This document shows positions 40,597 to 55,030 of a stretch of 64,000 nucleotides of DNA, piece after piece; positions within the stretch are counted from its first letter, which is position 1, and every line of letters starts with the position of its first letter. The notes beneath the pieces were generated by a model. The model was given only the letters and a program-made list of their open reading frames with translations, was not told the origin of the DNA and made no database searches. The position numbers were made by a program, and so were the translations under genes. This stretch comes from the human T2T-CHM13v2.0 reference genome, Homo sapiens: NCBI RefSeq assembly GCF_009914755.1, contig NC_060928.1; one strand, 5' to 3'.

Positions 40597-41925
40597 ACAA
40601 TGAGAACATATGGACACAGGGAGGGGAACATTACACTCCATCCAGGGCCTGTCAGGGGGTGGGAGGCAAGGGAAGGGAGAGCATTAAGACAAATACCTAA
40701 TGCATGCCAGGCTTAAAACCTAGATGATGAGTTGATAGTTTCAGCAAACCACCATGGCACATGTATACCTATGTAACAAACTTGCTCATTCTGCATATGT
40801 ATCCCAGAACTTAAAGTAAAATTTAAAAAAAAAACTGCCAATGAGCACATAAAAAGATGTTAAACTCACTGATAGTTAGGGAAATGTAAAATAAAATCAC
40901 AATGAGATATTTCTTAAAAAAAAAAACTCCTCCAAAATACTTCTTGATTTGATAAATGAATTTCGTAACATATCAGAATGCAAACTCAATGTATAAAAAT
41001 TAGTAGCATTTCTATATACTAATAATTTTCAATTGAAAACCAAATCAAGATGGCAATCCCATTTATAATAGCTAGAAAAATAAATAAATAAAACTCAGAA
41101 ATATATTAACCAAAGAGGAGGTGAAAGATCTCTACAAGGAAGACTACAAAACACTTATGAAAGAAATTGTAGATGACACAAACAAATGGAAAAATATATG
41201 CTCATCAATATTATTAAATGAATGAATATTATTAAAATGACCATGCTACGCAAAGCAGTTTACTGATTCAATGCATTTCTATCAAAATACAAATGCCATT
41301 TTTCTTGGAACAGAAAAAAATTCATATGGAACCAAAAAGAGGCATCACATTACCTAACTTCAAATTATACTGCAAGGCTATGGTAGCCAAAATAGTATGG
41401 TACTGGTATAAAACTAGAGACACAGATCAACAGAACAGAACAGAGAATCACAAAATTAAGCCACATACTTATAGCCAACTGATCTTTGATAAAGGTGACA
41501 AAAACATACACAGGAAATACACTGGGGAAAGAAAGGACACTCAATTCAACAAATGTATTGGGAAAATTGGATTGTCATATGAAGAATGACACTGGACCCC
41601 TTAGTTCTCAACACATACAAAAGTTAATTCATGATGGATTAAAGACTTAAATGTAAGACCTGAAAATATGAAAATCCTGGAAGAAAACAGGAAAAACTCT
41701 TGGACATTGGCCTAGGCAAAAAAATTCATGACTAAATCCTCAAAAGCAAATGCAACAAAAACAAAAATAGACTAATTGTGTTTAATTAAACTGAAAAGTT
41801 TTTGCACGACAAAAGAAATAATCAACAGGGGGAACAGATACCCTGCAAAATGGGAGAAAATATTTACAAACTACGTATGTGACAAGGGACTAATATCCTG
41901 AATCTACAAGAAACTCCAACAACTC

Positions 41926-41970
41926 AGCGACAACATCAACATCAACAACAACAACAACAACAACAACAAA
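41926..41970. repeat. (CAA)n microsatellite within L1
   Basis: Direct reading. Confidence 0.9.
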
Positions 41971-42847
41971 CTCAACTAGTCCCATTAAAAAGTGGACAAA
42001 GGGCATGAATAAATATTTTTCAAATGAAGACATATTCATGGCCAATAAGCATATGAAAAAATGCTCAACATTACTAATTATCAGAAATAGTCAAATTAAA
42101 AACAAAATGAGGTTTGACACTAATTTGATACCAATTTGACACAAATCAGGATAGCTAGTATTAAAAAGTCAAAAAATAACAGATGTTGGTGAGATGTCAG
42201 GAAAGGGGAAGGTTTATACACTGTTAGTAGGAATGCAAATGAGTACAACCTCTATGGAAAACAGTATGGAGATTTCTCAAAGAACTAAAAATAGAACTAC
42301 CATTCAATCCAACAATTCCTACTACTGAGTATCTACCCAAAGGGAAAGAAATCATTATATTAAAAAGATACTGGCAAGCGTATGTTCATTGCAGCACTAT
42401 TCACAATAACAAAGAGATGGGGTCAACCTAAATGTTTATCAATGAATGACTGGATAAAGTAAACATCATATATATGTAGCACATAAATGCTATGAAAAGC
42501 TACTCAGCCATAAATAAGAATGAAATTACATATTTTTCACCAACATAGATGAAACCAGAGGTCATTATCTCAGATGAAAAAACTCAGAAAGTCAAATACT
42601 GCATTTTCTCACTTATAAGTGGAAGCTAAAGAATGTATACATATAGGCATAAAGTGTTGAATAATAGAATAATAGACACTGAAGACTCAGAAGGGTGAGA
42701 GGGTAAGAGTGGGGTAAGGGATGAAAAATTACTTAATGGGTACATGTGGGAGTTTACACAAAAAGCTCAGACTTCACCCCTAGGCAACATATCCATACTA
42801 AAAAGCTATACTTCTACCCTGTAAATTTACAAATTTTTTAAAAGAAG

Positions 42848-43675
42848 TCGGTATATTTTTATCAAGAGTTATTTATTTTACTGCAGAGTGGCTGGCTAGG
42901 TATCCTAGTCAAAGTTTTGCCTATTGCAAAAATTTCTCTATTCTACTCTCTTTCGGGGCACAGATTGGGCTGTATGCAGCAGTAGTTTCTGTTTTGTTCC
43001 CACTGACATTCTCAGTCAATCTGCTCGTGAACTGAACCTTACCTTTTTCTCCATCAGCTTGCCATAAGAATACAGTCATATGGTCATGGGCATGACCTAG
43101 TGGACAAGCATAAGTGTACACTATTGAAAAACAAAAACAGTGCCCATCTGTTTGTATCACTTACTTGTGCCCTCTAAGCCTCCTTATGCTGAATCTCAAG
43201 TATACATTTTCATCTTAGTATGGAATGTTGATGAATTCACCTAACATTATGGCTTGGTGATCTAAAAGAACTCAACTTGTGATGCTCACTTCTGACGGTG
43301 TAGTCACCTGGGTTCCATGGTCAGGTGTATTTGAATGGTGTGTAATAATCTCCTGCTGATAGCTTGGTATTGCTTCATCACTGATGGAGTTTATGTTGTG
43401 TTTCTCCTAATTAGGATTGCATTAACTCAACTTCATACCTTTTCTCACCACAGATGTTTTTAGTGCTATAGTGTCTGCCCTGTCATATAGCCCAGATGGC
43501 AAAGCTACTTTACTACAGCCTGTACCTGCTGTTGAGTCTTTCCATTTTTTGAGCACCATTTCAACGCTGGAAAATTTCATATCACTACATAAATACATTC
43601 GAGCAGTATTCCCAAACGTGACCTGTTCTCTCTTCAGAACCTTAGGAAACTTAGAGGGTGTAGTATAAGGCAAGA
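42848..43675 (-). mobile_element. ERVL pol remnant (RT thumb/RNase H), continuation of the 26039-30290 provirus
   Basis: ORF 43422-43673 VALPSGLYDRADTIALKTSV resembles ERVL AALPLGPYDPADPMVLEVSV; ORF 42921-43160 TAAYSP...EKFLQ resembles RNase H TAAALQP...GKSSQWAEL. Confidence 0.75.
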
Positions 43676-43929
43676 GAGAAAATGTCCTATATGTAATAAT
43701 TTAACTCATCAGCATATATCTCATTTTTGTAGGTACCAGACCAGTGAAATAAAAAGGAATGTGAGAAGACTACTACTACTGCATATTTTAAATTGATAAG
43801 GTTAATAATTGCCTTGTCTCAGGTTGTGATACTGTTTATGATTTACTAGCTTGATCACGGAAATGTTTCTGTAGTTAGGAGATTTTTAGATGTTTGTATT
43901 TTGAATGCAGAGATTAATATAGGGGCTGT

Positions 43930-44060
43930 TCAGAACTGAGAATAAGTAAGCAACTGTCAGGCAAACTTCATTTTTCATGTTAAAGAATTTAGCTATTATT
44001 CTAAAGCAAATTGAACTCACTTAAATGTTTTCAGCAGGAAAATTAAAAATATGTTTTTGA
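43930..44060 (-). mobile_element. L2 fragment
   Basis: catgttaaagaatttagctattattctaaagcaaattgaactcacttaaatgttttcagcagg. Confidence 0.5.
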
Positions 44061-45349
44061 GTTGATAATTTCAATTACTCTTTCTTAAAGCAATTTTTCT
44101 TAACTGCCCTATAATAATTAAAAAATTGAAAGTGGATCAAAAATTCTAAAACAATTAATGAAAATTCTTAATTCAAGAACTGATTTAAAGATAAATTTTT
44201 CTTTAAAAACACATATATTGTTTACTCTTTATTTTTGGTTTCACATCTTTACTTTTATCTTCTTACTATTCTTCATTTTTTGTCTTTGTCTAACAAATCG
44301 TAATGGAAAAATACTCATTTATCTCTCAAAAGCTGAAATTATACTTGTTTACCTTTAATGAAAATGATAGACAATTCTTCATTTTAAGAGAATCTGAAAC
44401 TTCCTGGATGTTGAAACCATGATATTTCACACTGAAAACTCTTCCATGAATACAAATCAAAAAAATACATACTGAGATTTAATATGAAAAAATTTGCAAA
44501 TTTAATACAATATTGAAAATTAAATACAAATACATTTTACAGATAAATCAATTTTTATTAAATTTGTTGTATTGTGTGTGCTTCCTAGGTTTAGGAGGGA
44601 TTTTTAATGTTGTTTTTTAAAATGCTTAAAATAAACAGCATAGTAAAACACTAGGTCTTGCATTAGTGAGAATGGATAAGTCTATTTTTGAAATTTGTAT
44701 TTGATTAACTATAATCTTTCACCTACTCTTTTTCCTCCAGACATAGTGCCCGAATGTTTTTCACTGCTTAATATTAAACAAACTACTTTAATAACATTAT
44801 TTTGACTGTGGTATTGTCTTTGTACATATTATATTTATTTTACAGGTATTTCAAGTATTTTACATATCCCAAAATGACATGTAATGCTTTATTTTACATG
44901 AGTGGAAAATAATTCTCTGACAGTTTATTTTACTACGTTTCTACTAGGAAGACAGATTGATATAGTAAATAATACCATTTCAGTATATTTTTTAAAAGAC
45001 TGTGTTTAAAGACATTGATTGCTGGCAATTTTCTTCTAAATAATAAATAGCCTTGATAATTAATTATGCGGGTGTTTATACATTATTTCCAGCATGCAAA
45101 GTCCATGCTAGCATTCCTAATTCACATCAGAGGAGGTAATGTTGTTATAAGTAAAATATATATAATTCTGATTTTAAATATTCTACTAAATGGTAAAGAA
45201 ATCAATATTCCCATTATCTCTAGATATTGAGAAAAAAGAAATACACCCATTTAAAAACATAGGAAAAACTTAATTAATGTGCAAATAATGTAATAATGTG
45301 GGATAGATAATTGTAAACACAATGCATACAAATTGAAAAAATAAAACCT

Positions 45350-45616
45350 TCAAAGCCAGACACATTGCATCTCTCTGACCCTTCTGTGGTCACATTTCCC
45401 CTTTCATTACAATAAGGAAATATTCTTAGCTTTTAAGGATACATGTGATTAGATTGCATGCCCAGAAAATTCTGGCTGTTCTCTCCATCTCATGGTCCTT
45501 AACCTCAGTCATCTACAATGTTCCTTCTGCATGTAACGTAACACGTTCAACATATTCACAGGTTTCAGGGATTAGGGCATGGAAATCTTTTGGGGCCCTT
45601 TCTTCTGCATATCACA
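45350..45616 (-). mobile_element. MLT1C/D/E LTR fragment
   Basis: ttttaaggatacatgtgattagattg...atattcacaggtttcagggattagggcatggaaatctttt...tcaca. Confidence 0.8.
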
Positions 45617-46126
45617 ATCCACATGAAAAACATTGAGGCTGTTGTTTTTTAGTTTCTTTTATTGTCTAATGCCAGAGTGGTAAATTGCAACGAACATTAT
45701 TCTATTTATATAAGAACAAATGTTCTTAAAAATTATGTCTAGCTTACAAAATATACTGTCCACAGTGCTATTGAATGACTCTGTAATTTTGCATACATAT
45801 CTTAACTCCTTGAGACTTGTATTCCCTACTGAAGAAAAAATGTATTACAAGTTCATTGCCAGAGTGTACAATTAAAAAAAAAACTTTGATGTTTATTCTA
45901 ATATTAAGATACAGTATTATGATTTATTTTGCATTTTACATGTATTTGTGTATCTATGGGCATCCATCATTAAGAGGTGATAGAGTTTTACTTTATTTCT
46001 AATTATCTGTCAGTTTATTTCTTGTTTTGACAGCTGTGTTGTGTACTTTAGAAGCTATGAAGGGTTAATAGACAGTATTTTATCCTTAGTTATTTTTAAG
46101 AAAAGAGTTATACCATCAGAAGATCT

Positions 46127-46494
46127 TGATGTGGTTTCATTGTGTTCCCACCCAAATCTCATCTTGAATTGTAGCTCCCATAATTCCCACGTGTTGTGGG
46201 AGGGACCTGGTGGGAGATAATTGAATCACAGGGATGGTTTCCCCCATACTCTTCTCATGGTACTGAGTAAATCTCACGAGATCTGATGATTTTATAAAGG
46301 GTTTCCCCTTTTGCTGACTCTCAGGCTCTCATTTGACTCTTGCCTGCTGCTACGTAAGAAGTGCCTTTCACCTTGCATCATGGCCATGAGGCCTCGTCAG
46401 CCATATGGAACTGTGTTTATTAAATCTGTTTTTCTTTATAAATTACCCAGTCTTAGGTATGACTTTATCAGCAGCATTAAAACAGACTAACAGA
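46127..46494 (+). mobile_element. THE1B-like solo LTR
   Basis: tgatgtggttt...cccacccaaatctcatcttgaattgtagctccc...ttatcagcagc; TSD gatct/gacct. Confidence 0.9.
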
Positions 46495-47046
46495 GACCTG
46501 AAAGTGGTTAAAAATGCATGAATGCAATGGATTGGCTATTCTAAAATACTATATTTATATAATTTAAATGAAAAGAAAAAATTATTTAACGAAAAACAGG
46601 ATACAAATTTCATATCCTACAGTTTTATTTTACAGGATTACTCTGATTGGTGATTAGGATAATTACAAATGTCCAGTAAATCAAGGTCATTCTCTACATT
46701 ATAAGTATTAAGTTAAAGGTAAAGAAATGATTTTTCAGATTCATGACATTATTAGTTGTTGATTTTTGTAGCCTAAGATTTATGTTCTTAAAACTGTATT
46801 CCATAATTGCCTTACAAAAAATTCACTGTCAAGTCTTTATTTTAGATTACCAGGTAAGTGCCTTGTGTATGCTCTTTCAATAACCAAACGTAAGCTAAAC
46901 CACTACTGATGATGATGAGTACATAAAATCAATATACCTTATGATGGTACTTAATAATTCTAAGTGCTTCAGAGACCTCTGACCTTCTAAAACATAACAT
47001 ATAAATAATACAAGACATGAAGATAAGGCCAAACTGATGTTCATTC

Positions 47047-47143
47047 AATCTGTTTTTCTTTATAAATTACCCAGTCTTGAGTATGTCTTTATCAGCAGCA
47101 TTAAAACAGACTAATACAGAACTGAACGTGATTAAAAATGCAT
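47047..47143 (+). repeat. 97-bp copy of 46423-46519 (THE1 3' end, TSD and unique flank)
   Basis: Manual ungapped alignment gives 8 mismatches in 97 bp. Confidence 0.92.
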
Positions 47144-47392
47144 ATATAAATCTAATTTTAATTTTAAAGGATGGACAATTGAGTGAAGTAGTTAAGAAAT
47201 GCTATGTTTCAATATGTGGAAAAAGTCTGAATATTTTCTGAATATTCAGTATTTCTGAGTGTTACATGCAACATGTATTTTAGTTTTTTTTTTTTAATTT
47301 AATGACTATATTACTTTGTTTTTGTTTTTGTTTTTTTCTTTCCTTACCCTTGACCTGATACCTTAGTCAGTTTAAACTTTAAACACCAGTCA

Positions 47393-47672
<280 letters not shown>

Positions 47673-48019
47673 GGAATCCTAAGCATCAGAAATGGAAATT
47701 AGAAAGGTTTTATAATTTACTATTGATCTTTAGATAAAACCAAAACAAAAACAAAATTGAAAGCCCAGTACCACCACAAGGAAACAAAAAGATGATTCTT
47801 TTTCACAGCTAAATTTCTGATCTGGGTGTTGGTATTGATAAGTAGAATATATTAGTGTATACACTTAATTGAAACGCGTATGATGTTCATATTTTGATTT
47901 ATATTTTGTTAACTTACAACTTTAGCATATATTAAAATGTCCTATTTTATTTACAATTATCTAAAATGCTGTTATAAATATTTCCAAAAACAAATAGTAT
48001 GTTTATTCAAAAATGCTTT

Positions 48020-48130
48020 ATATCTATTAACAACTGTGATTTGAATACCACTACTTACTAATGGTATGCTACAAACAAATTATCTTGCTTCCTTGAGCCT
48101 CAGATGCTCATCTTTAAAATTGAAGACACT
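48020..48130 (+). mobile_element. MIR fragment
   Basis: ctacttactaatggtatg...ttgagcctcagatgctcatctttaaaat. Confidence 0.6.
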
Positions 48131-48721
48131 TGAGGAGAAAGTGTGAAAGGACAATCACATCTACAAAATAGTCAAAAATGTTTGCTACTTTTATACTTAA
48201 AATTTAGTACAGGCTCCATTAAATATTTTTTTCTGTCAACACTTTTCAAAATTCAATTAAAATTTATATGTATAGAAAAGGTAAATTCTCAAACCATGTA
48301 CAGCAGTTTATATTTAATTTTTTTTAAGTATCTTCTCCAGTAGCCCTAATTAGTCTCCCTAAATTCAGCCCCACTCTAAAAGTAACTAAAAATAATTATA
48401 CATTTTAGTAAGAATAAAGCGGACTTTCAAGTTTTCATGAGCAGAGTTCATTTTAGTAATGTTTTTAGTCCCCCCCTCCTTGTTTTTTCATTTGGCAATA
48501 TAACTTGAATATTTCATACAGGATAAATATACATCTCATATTTTGTAACTTGTCTATCCTGAAATTTCTAAAACATCCTCTCCAATTCTGTCTTTGAAGT
48601 AATGACCATGTTTCCTGTTTCCCTCATAAAGTAGAAGTACCAAGAGGAGATTTTCCAAAAAATGTTACCTACTAAAATATTTTCATTACCTATGTTAATA
48701 TATTTTACCATCCATCTTATT

Positions 48722-48850
48722 ACTATTCTTTTATTTAACAAATGTTTATTGTGCACCTACTAAACACCTGGCTCCATGTTAGACGAGGACTGTATGCTCA
48801 ATGAAGAAACAAAATAAAATGAAACTCCTACCCAAATGAGGATTTATATT
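48722..48850 (-). mobile_element. L2 3'-end fragment
   Basis: atttaacaaatgtttattgtgcacctactaaacacctggc. Confidence 0.7.
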
Positions 48851-48864
48851 GTTGAATATTGCAT

Positions 48865-50075
<1,211 letters not shown>

Positions 50076-50144
50076 GTTATATTTAATGTGTTTCTCTTAT
50101 ACAATTAGAGTAAAAGCCAAGCCTTTCTAATAGTTGTACCAAAT

Positions 50145-50600
50145 AAGGTGGTAGTGTGATTTTGCTATTTTATTTGGAAATTAACCATGGTTGTAAAAGG
50201 TGTGGATTAGCCAAGTGGACAAGTAATCGACAGTAGTGATTCTGTAGTGGGTAAATCTGATGAAACTGAGAGTATGACATCCAGAATTTCCTTCCAAATA
50301 GTCTCCAGTTAAAAATGACCAAAAGAGGAATTTCCATTAGATTTGGAAGGTAGAAGTGAAGCAACAACCATCACTTTCTGAAGGACACTGAGGTGTCCTT
50401 AGGTATGGGGAATGACAGACGCAAAGGTGTTAAAGGACTTTATTGTCTCCTCCCACGTTGCTTTTTGTTATCTCCAATCAATGTTCCATTCTTTTTCTGG
50501 ACTACTGGCTCTAAAGAACAACAATGACTCTGTTCCTATCTATACAACCTTCTATACATCTCTCTGTTACTTATTTTGCAATTCTACACTGGCAGTTGGA
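50145..50600 (+). mobile_element. Old ERVL internal 3' end plus LTR
   Basis: PPT/LTR-like junction ggacaagtaatcgac|agtagtg; ccagaatttccttcc...ccaaaagaggaa...agatttggaaggtagaagtgaagc. Confidence 0.45.
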
Positions 50601-50832
50601 TATGCCTTGCTTGCCATATTTTCAAACTTGTCCACATATTTATAATCTTAACTCAAATTGACTTATCAAAAACCAATTGAAACTTATTTATATTATTTTC
50701 AGTTTTCAGTAGTGTTTATTTTTATTTTAAATACATATCCTGAAAAATTAATTTGAGTTTGTTCTTCAGCATTTTGCCACATTTAATACTCTTTCCAATG
50801 CAACGGTCCTATATTATATTTACACAACTTAT

Positions 50833-50920
50833 TGTGTGTGTGTGTGAGAGAGAGAGAGAAGTGTGTGTGCATGAGAGAGAAAGTGTGTGTATGTGAGACA
50901 GAGAGAGAGAGAGAGAGAGA
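50833..50920. repeat. Compound (TG)n(GA)n microsatellite
   Basis: Direct reading. Confidence 0.9.
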
Positions 50921-51224
50921 AAGATCTGTGTATCAATTTTTAATTTGATTTCTATCTTTTAGTGAATTTTTCTCTGATTTGCTTGTGGCTAATAGGTATA
51001 ACTTTATTCTTTACAAAGATAACTTTTTAAAAAATTTCTAAAATGTTATTATACTTATTATCTATATCAATGTTGCCCATGAATAAATAAATATTTTTTC
51101 TTTCTTCTCATAGTGGAGAATAATTGTTAAAAGTCAACAGAAATTTCTTTTGAACTCTTTAATGAAATAACCCAACAAAATAATTGTATTATTTTAAAAT
51201 GAGACATTCAAAATGTTTCAATAA

Positions 51225-51524
51225 GGCCAGACATGGTGGCTGACATCTGTAATCTCAGGACTTTGGGAGACTGAGCTAGGAGAATCGCTTGGGACCAGGA
51301 ATTCAAGCCCTGCCTGGGCAATGCAGTGAGATCCTGCCACTATAAAAAACTTTAAAAAATTAACCGGGTACTGTGGTGCCTACCTATAATTCCAGCCACT
51401 TGGGAGGCTGAGGTGGGAGGACTGCTTGTGCACAGGAGTTTGAGGCTGCAACAAGCTATGACGTGCCACTGTACTCCAGTCTGGGGGACAGGAAGACTCT
51501 GTCTCTAAAAATGAACAAACAAAA
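51225..51524 (+). mobile_element. AluJ
   Basis: ggccagacatggtggctgacatctgtaatc...ggagtttgaggctgca. Confidence 0.9.
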
Positions 51525-51532
51525 TTTCGTAT

Positions 51533-51851
<319 letters not shown>

Positions 51852-53049
51852 TTATTTAAGTTTTTAAAAGTTTCTGAGATAAGTATATATCAGGTAACCC
51901 CACGATTTTTATCTTTCACATAAAAATATTCTTATAAATTTTGTATGCACATCTATACAGTATTCAGTGAAAAAACTGATAAATTAGAATCTCATGGATT
52001 TCATAGGGGAATTCATTTTAGTTGAATAAGCTGAAGGCTTTCTATTACAGCTTGGATAGTTTTTGAAAACAGACTCAGAAATGTATAGAGTAATGGTAAT
52101 AAAATAAATTTGTTGATAAATACATTCAGCATATGCTATAAATGATACGAGTGTGTATGTATATGGATTTATAAATATGCACACAAATATATGCATGTAA
52201 GTATATATTCACACATACACACTTTTTTTTTTTAATTTGCCAGATCTGTCCTAGACCAACTTCTCCAAATCTATATTTCAGGGACCAGAAAGACAAATCT
52301 AATATCTCAAGCTCTTGTATACAATATTTTCAACTCCATGGATCATAGTCTTATAATGAAACTAGCGAAAGCCCTCAAAACTTTATGACACCATTTTTAT
52401 TGCGTTTTATAAAATACTTTTCTGAATCTACAGATTGTGATCATATTTGTTTTCTATTTTAAATCCCTTTAATTGTTCCTCAAGCAGTATATAACAGCTT
52501 TGTGAAATGCAATTCCTATAGTAATAAAAAGAAAATTCTAGGGTTTTTAAACAATTAATAAAGTTGTAATGGTGACTTTTCAAGCTAATAGTTTTTTTAG
52601 CCTACGTTAGATCATGCTAACTCAAAAGCTTAATTTCAGTACAATTGTTTCATTCATATTAGCACAATGCCACAAAAAATAACTACACTATTATTCTAGG
52701 AATGCAAAAGAGGCAAGGATATCTCTTAGCTACCATCTCAATAACCACCGTTTTACCAACTATGATAAATCTCTAGAAAATATGAGTCTATCTAGGAAGA
52801 TTTTATGAATTTTAAGATGCACTTTAAGTGATCAATAATTGTTTTTCTCTTAGAAGAAGCATATTTGTAGGAATATACTTAATATAAAAGAAAGTTACAA
52901 CTGGCTTAGGTCTACTTCAACACATTACAGTGTTTAAAGCTTAGTGCTTTAAAGAGACAAAGATATTTAGTAATTTTTCTTAAAGAAAAATTACTCAATT
53001 CTCCCATTTCTTAAGCTATGGAAACTCTCATCTTCCAAATAATGCTGCT

Positions 53050-53215
53050 CATATTTATGGATCACTATGTTAAGTGGTTTTTATTATATAATTAATATTT
53101 ATAACAATGATATAGGCTATTTTTAATATAAGTATCCATTTTAATGTTAGAAATTGAAGGACAGAGATGTTAATAATTTTCTCCAGATCATACATAGCCA
53201 AGACAGGATTTCATT
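53050..53215 (-). mobile_element. MIR fragment
   Basis: tatccattttaatgttagaaattgaaggacagagatgttaataattttctccagatcatac. Confidence 0.6.
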
Positions 53216-54011
53216 CATAAGAAGTTGACAACTGTGGTCCCTTGTCCGTGAAGCTGAATCACCTACACTGCCAGTTAGCTATCCGGGAGTCCATTCTCAA
53301 GTGATTGTGCTCTTTTAGAAAGATAATCATGCAAACTGTGCATGCATTTACTTGACAGCTAATACAGTCTCATATTGGCAGATGACTTTTATGCATCTCT
53401 CACATGTCAATTAAACTGCAAACGTCTTCAGGGTCTATGTTCTTTCAATTCAAACAAAATGACCAGAAGAGTGCTTTTTCTTTGATTCTTAAAAAAATAT
53501 TTGTTGATAGCACATAAGAGGCATGTAAGAGAACTATCAAAAATTAATGTACACGTTACATGTGCTTTAGAGTGATAAGATCTTATAGTAGTTGGTTATC
53601 ATTAAATGATACAGATAGCCTGAAACCTTCTCAAAAACCCTGAGCAGCATGTAGTGTGAAGTTACAGAAATGCAACTCAGTGAAATCCTGCACTCCACAT
53701 ATGATTTACTTTGAATAGATAAAATCCTACCTATGACATCACAGTTCAGATTATTATTTATTAGAATTATAAAATTTTATAAGTTAAATTCATAGTGGAC
53801 CATGACTATGAATGCCACTAAAGACTTTATCAAAAGTTTCAACATTCCATAAGTGATAAATCTTTAGCTAGATGATTTTAACTCTTGTTGTTATTAGCTG
53901 TGGACAAAATGGTACTTTATGTTCAGAGTACAAATGTTAATTAATTTTAAAAATTTTCCTCTACAGCAATTATGTAGAATTTTTATTTCAGAAAATAGTC
54001 TAAAGCATGTC

Positions 54012-54136
54012 TTTATTTTATTATTTATTATTTTTTATTTCTAGAGACAGAGTCTTACCCTATCATCCAGCTGGAGTGCAGTGGCGTGATCACCGCTCAC
54101 TGCAGCCTCAAATTCCTGAGCTCAAGCCATCCTCCC
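54012..54136 (-). mobile_element. AluJ/FRAM 3' fragment
   Basis: gagacagagtcttacc...gctcactgcagcctcaaattcctgagctcaagccatcctccc. Confidence 0.85.
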
Positions 54137-54919
54137 TAAAGTCCTTCTTTAAAATAAGCAGCTTCTCCGCTTAGCTGGAGCTGCAAGGAAAGAAACTTAA
54201 AAACAAACAAAATAAGCTGTTTCTTTGTTGAGCCTTAAAGACTCATCACATAGGGTTTACTTGGTTGCTTTCTACATTCTAGAGAAATTACTGAATAAAT
54301 AATTTCCTACCAGGGGTTGAAAATTAGAGGTGCGAAAAGAAGATAAATAGTGTTTGAGTATGAAAACAAGGAGAAAAAAGTGTAGGGTAAAATCGATTCC
54401 ACTGTATCCTTGGATTAAAAAAAATACAACACAAAAACCAAACTTATATGTACTTTTCTATTTACTTCTTTTCATCAATATTCACAGAATAAATGTGTAT
54501 CATTCACTTTAAGCTGCTGATAAAAATGGATGTATGCTATGATCACATCCTCATTGTGTCCATCAAACTTCTTTCCCTAAGTTTTTCTAATAAAGAACAT
54601 TTTGATTCCATCTTTCTATTTTGGCATTGGTCAATTGTTATGATTTATTCAATCTCACTAAATTTTAGTTATTCTTACCAAGGCAAGAGTGACTACACTG
54701 GAAGAGATGGCGGTTATGATCATTCAGATTTTTTCAAGAGTATATAGTTCACAACCAAACAAGTGGTTTAGATTAGGTCATGGAAGTGGTGTTCCTGTCT
54801 GCTTCAGGGAAACTACAGATTTTATTTCAGGCAGTTACTTATTCATTTATTTATTGCTTCATTCAAAATTGATTCAATGCCTACTGGGGACAGCACAGAA
54901 TAATGTAAAGTCCTTGTAT

Positions 54920-55030
54920 TTTAGAGTGCAGACAGAACTTGACTAAAATCCTGCTACTAACTAGCTACCTGACTTCATAAATGCCACATGAACATTCTCA
55001 TTTTAGTTCCTCATCCTGTAGAAATGACTT
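54920..55030 (+). mobile_element. MIR fragment
   Basis: ttagagtgcagacagaacttg...ctactaactagct...ttagttcctcatcctgtagaaatg. Confidence 0.6.

Larger units (their letters stand above)
35283..40921 (+). mobile_element. L1PA8-like element (5.6 kb, 5' UTR truncated) nested in L1PB4 ORF2
   Basis: Starts in 5' UTR (ctcctcaagtgggtccctgacccc); 3' UTR acaaatacctaatgcatgccaggcttaaaacctagatgatg; TSD aaa(g/a)actcctcca at 35270-35282 and 40922-40934. Confidence 0.92.
30292..42845 (+). mobile_element. Near full-length L1PB4-like element, inactive, split by nested insertions
   Basis: GC-richer 5' UTR 30292-31800, ORF1-like 31800-32470, ORF2 endonuclease motif NTIIVGDFN (ORF 32962-33240), ORF2 resumes after 40934, 3' UTR gggatgaaaaattacttaatgggtac...cagacttcacc. 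Confidence 0.85.

Noticed and set aside
35283-40834. Possible retrotransposition-competent L1
   Set aside because: The promoter end of the 5' UTR is missing, and both ORFs contain multiple stops and frameshifts.
46385-46410. PRDM9 hotspot motif (CCTCCCTNNCCAC) in THE1 LTRs
   Set aside because: The homologous position is mutated in all four THE1 copies (e.g. cctcgtcagccat here).
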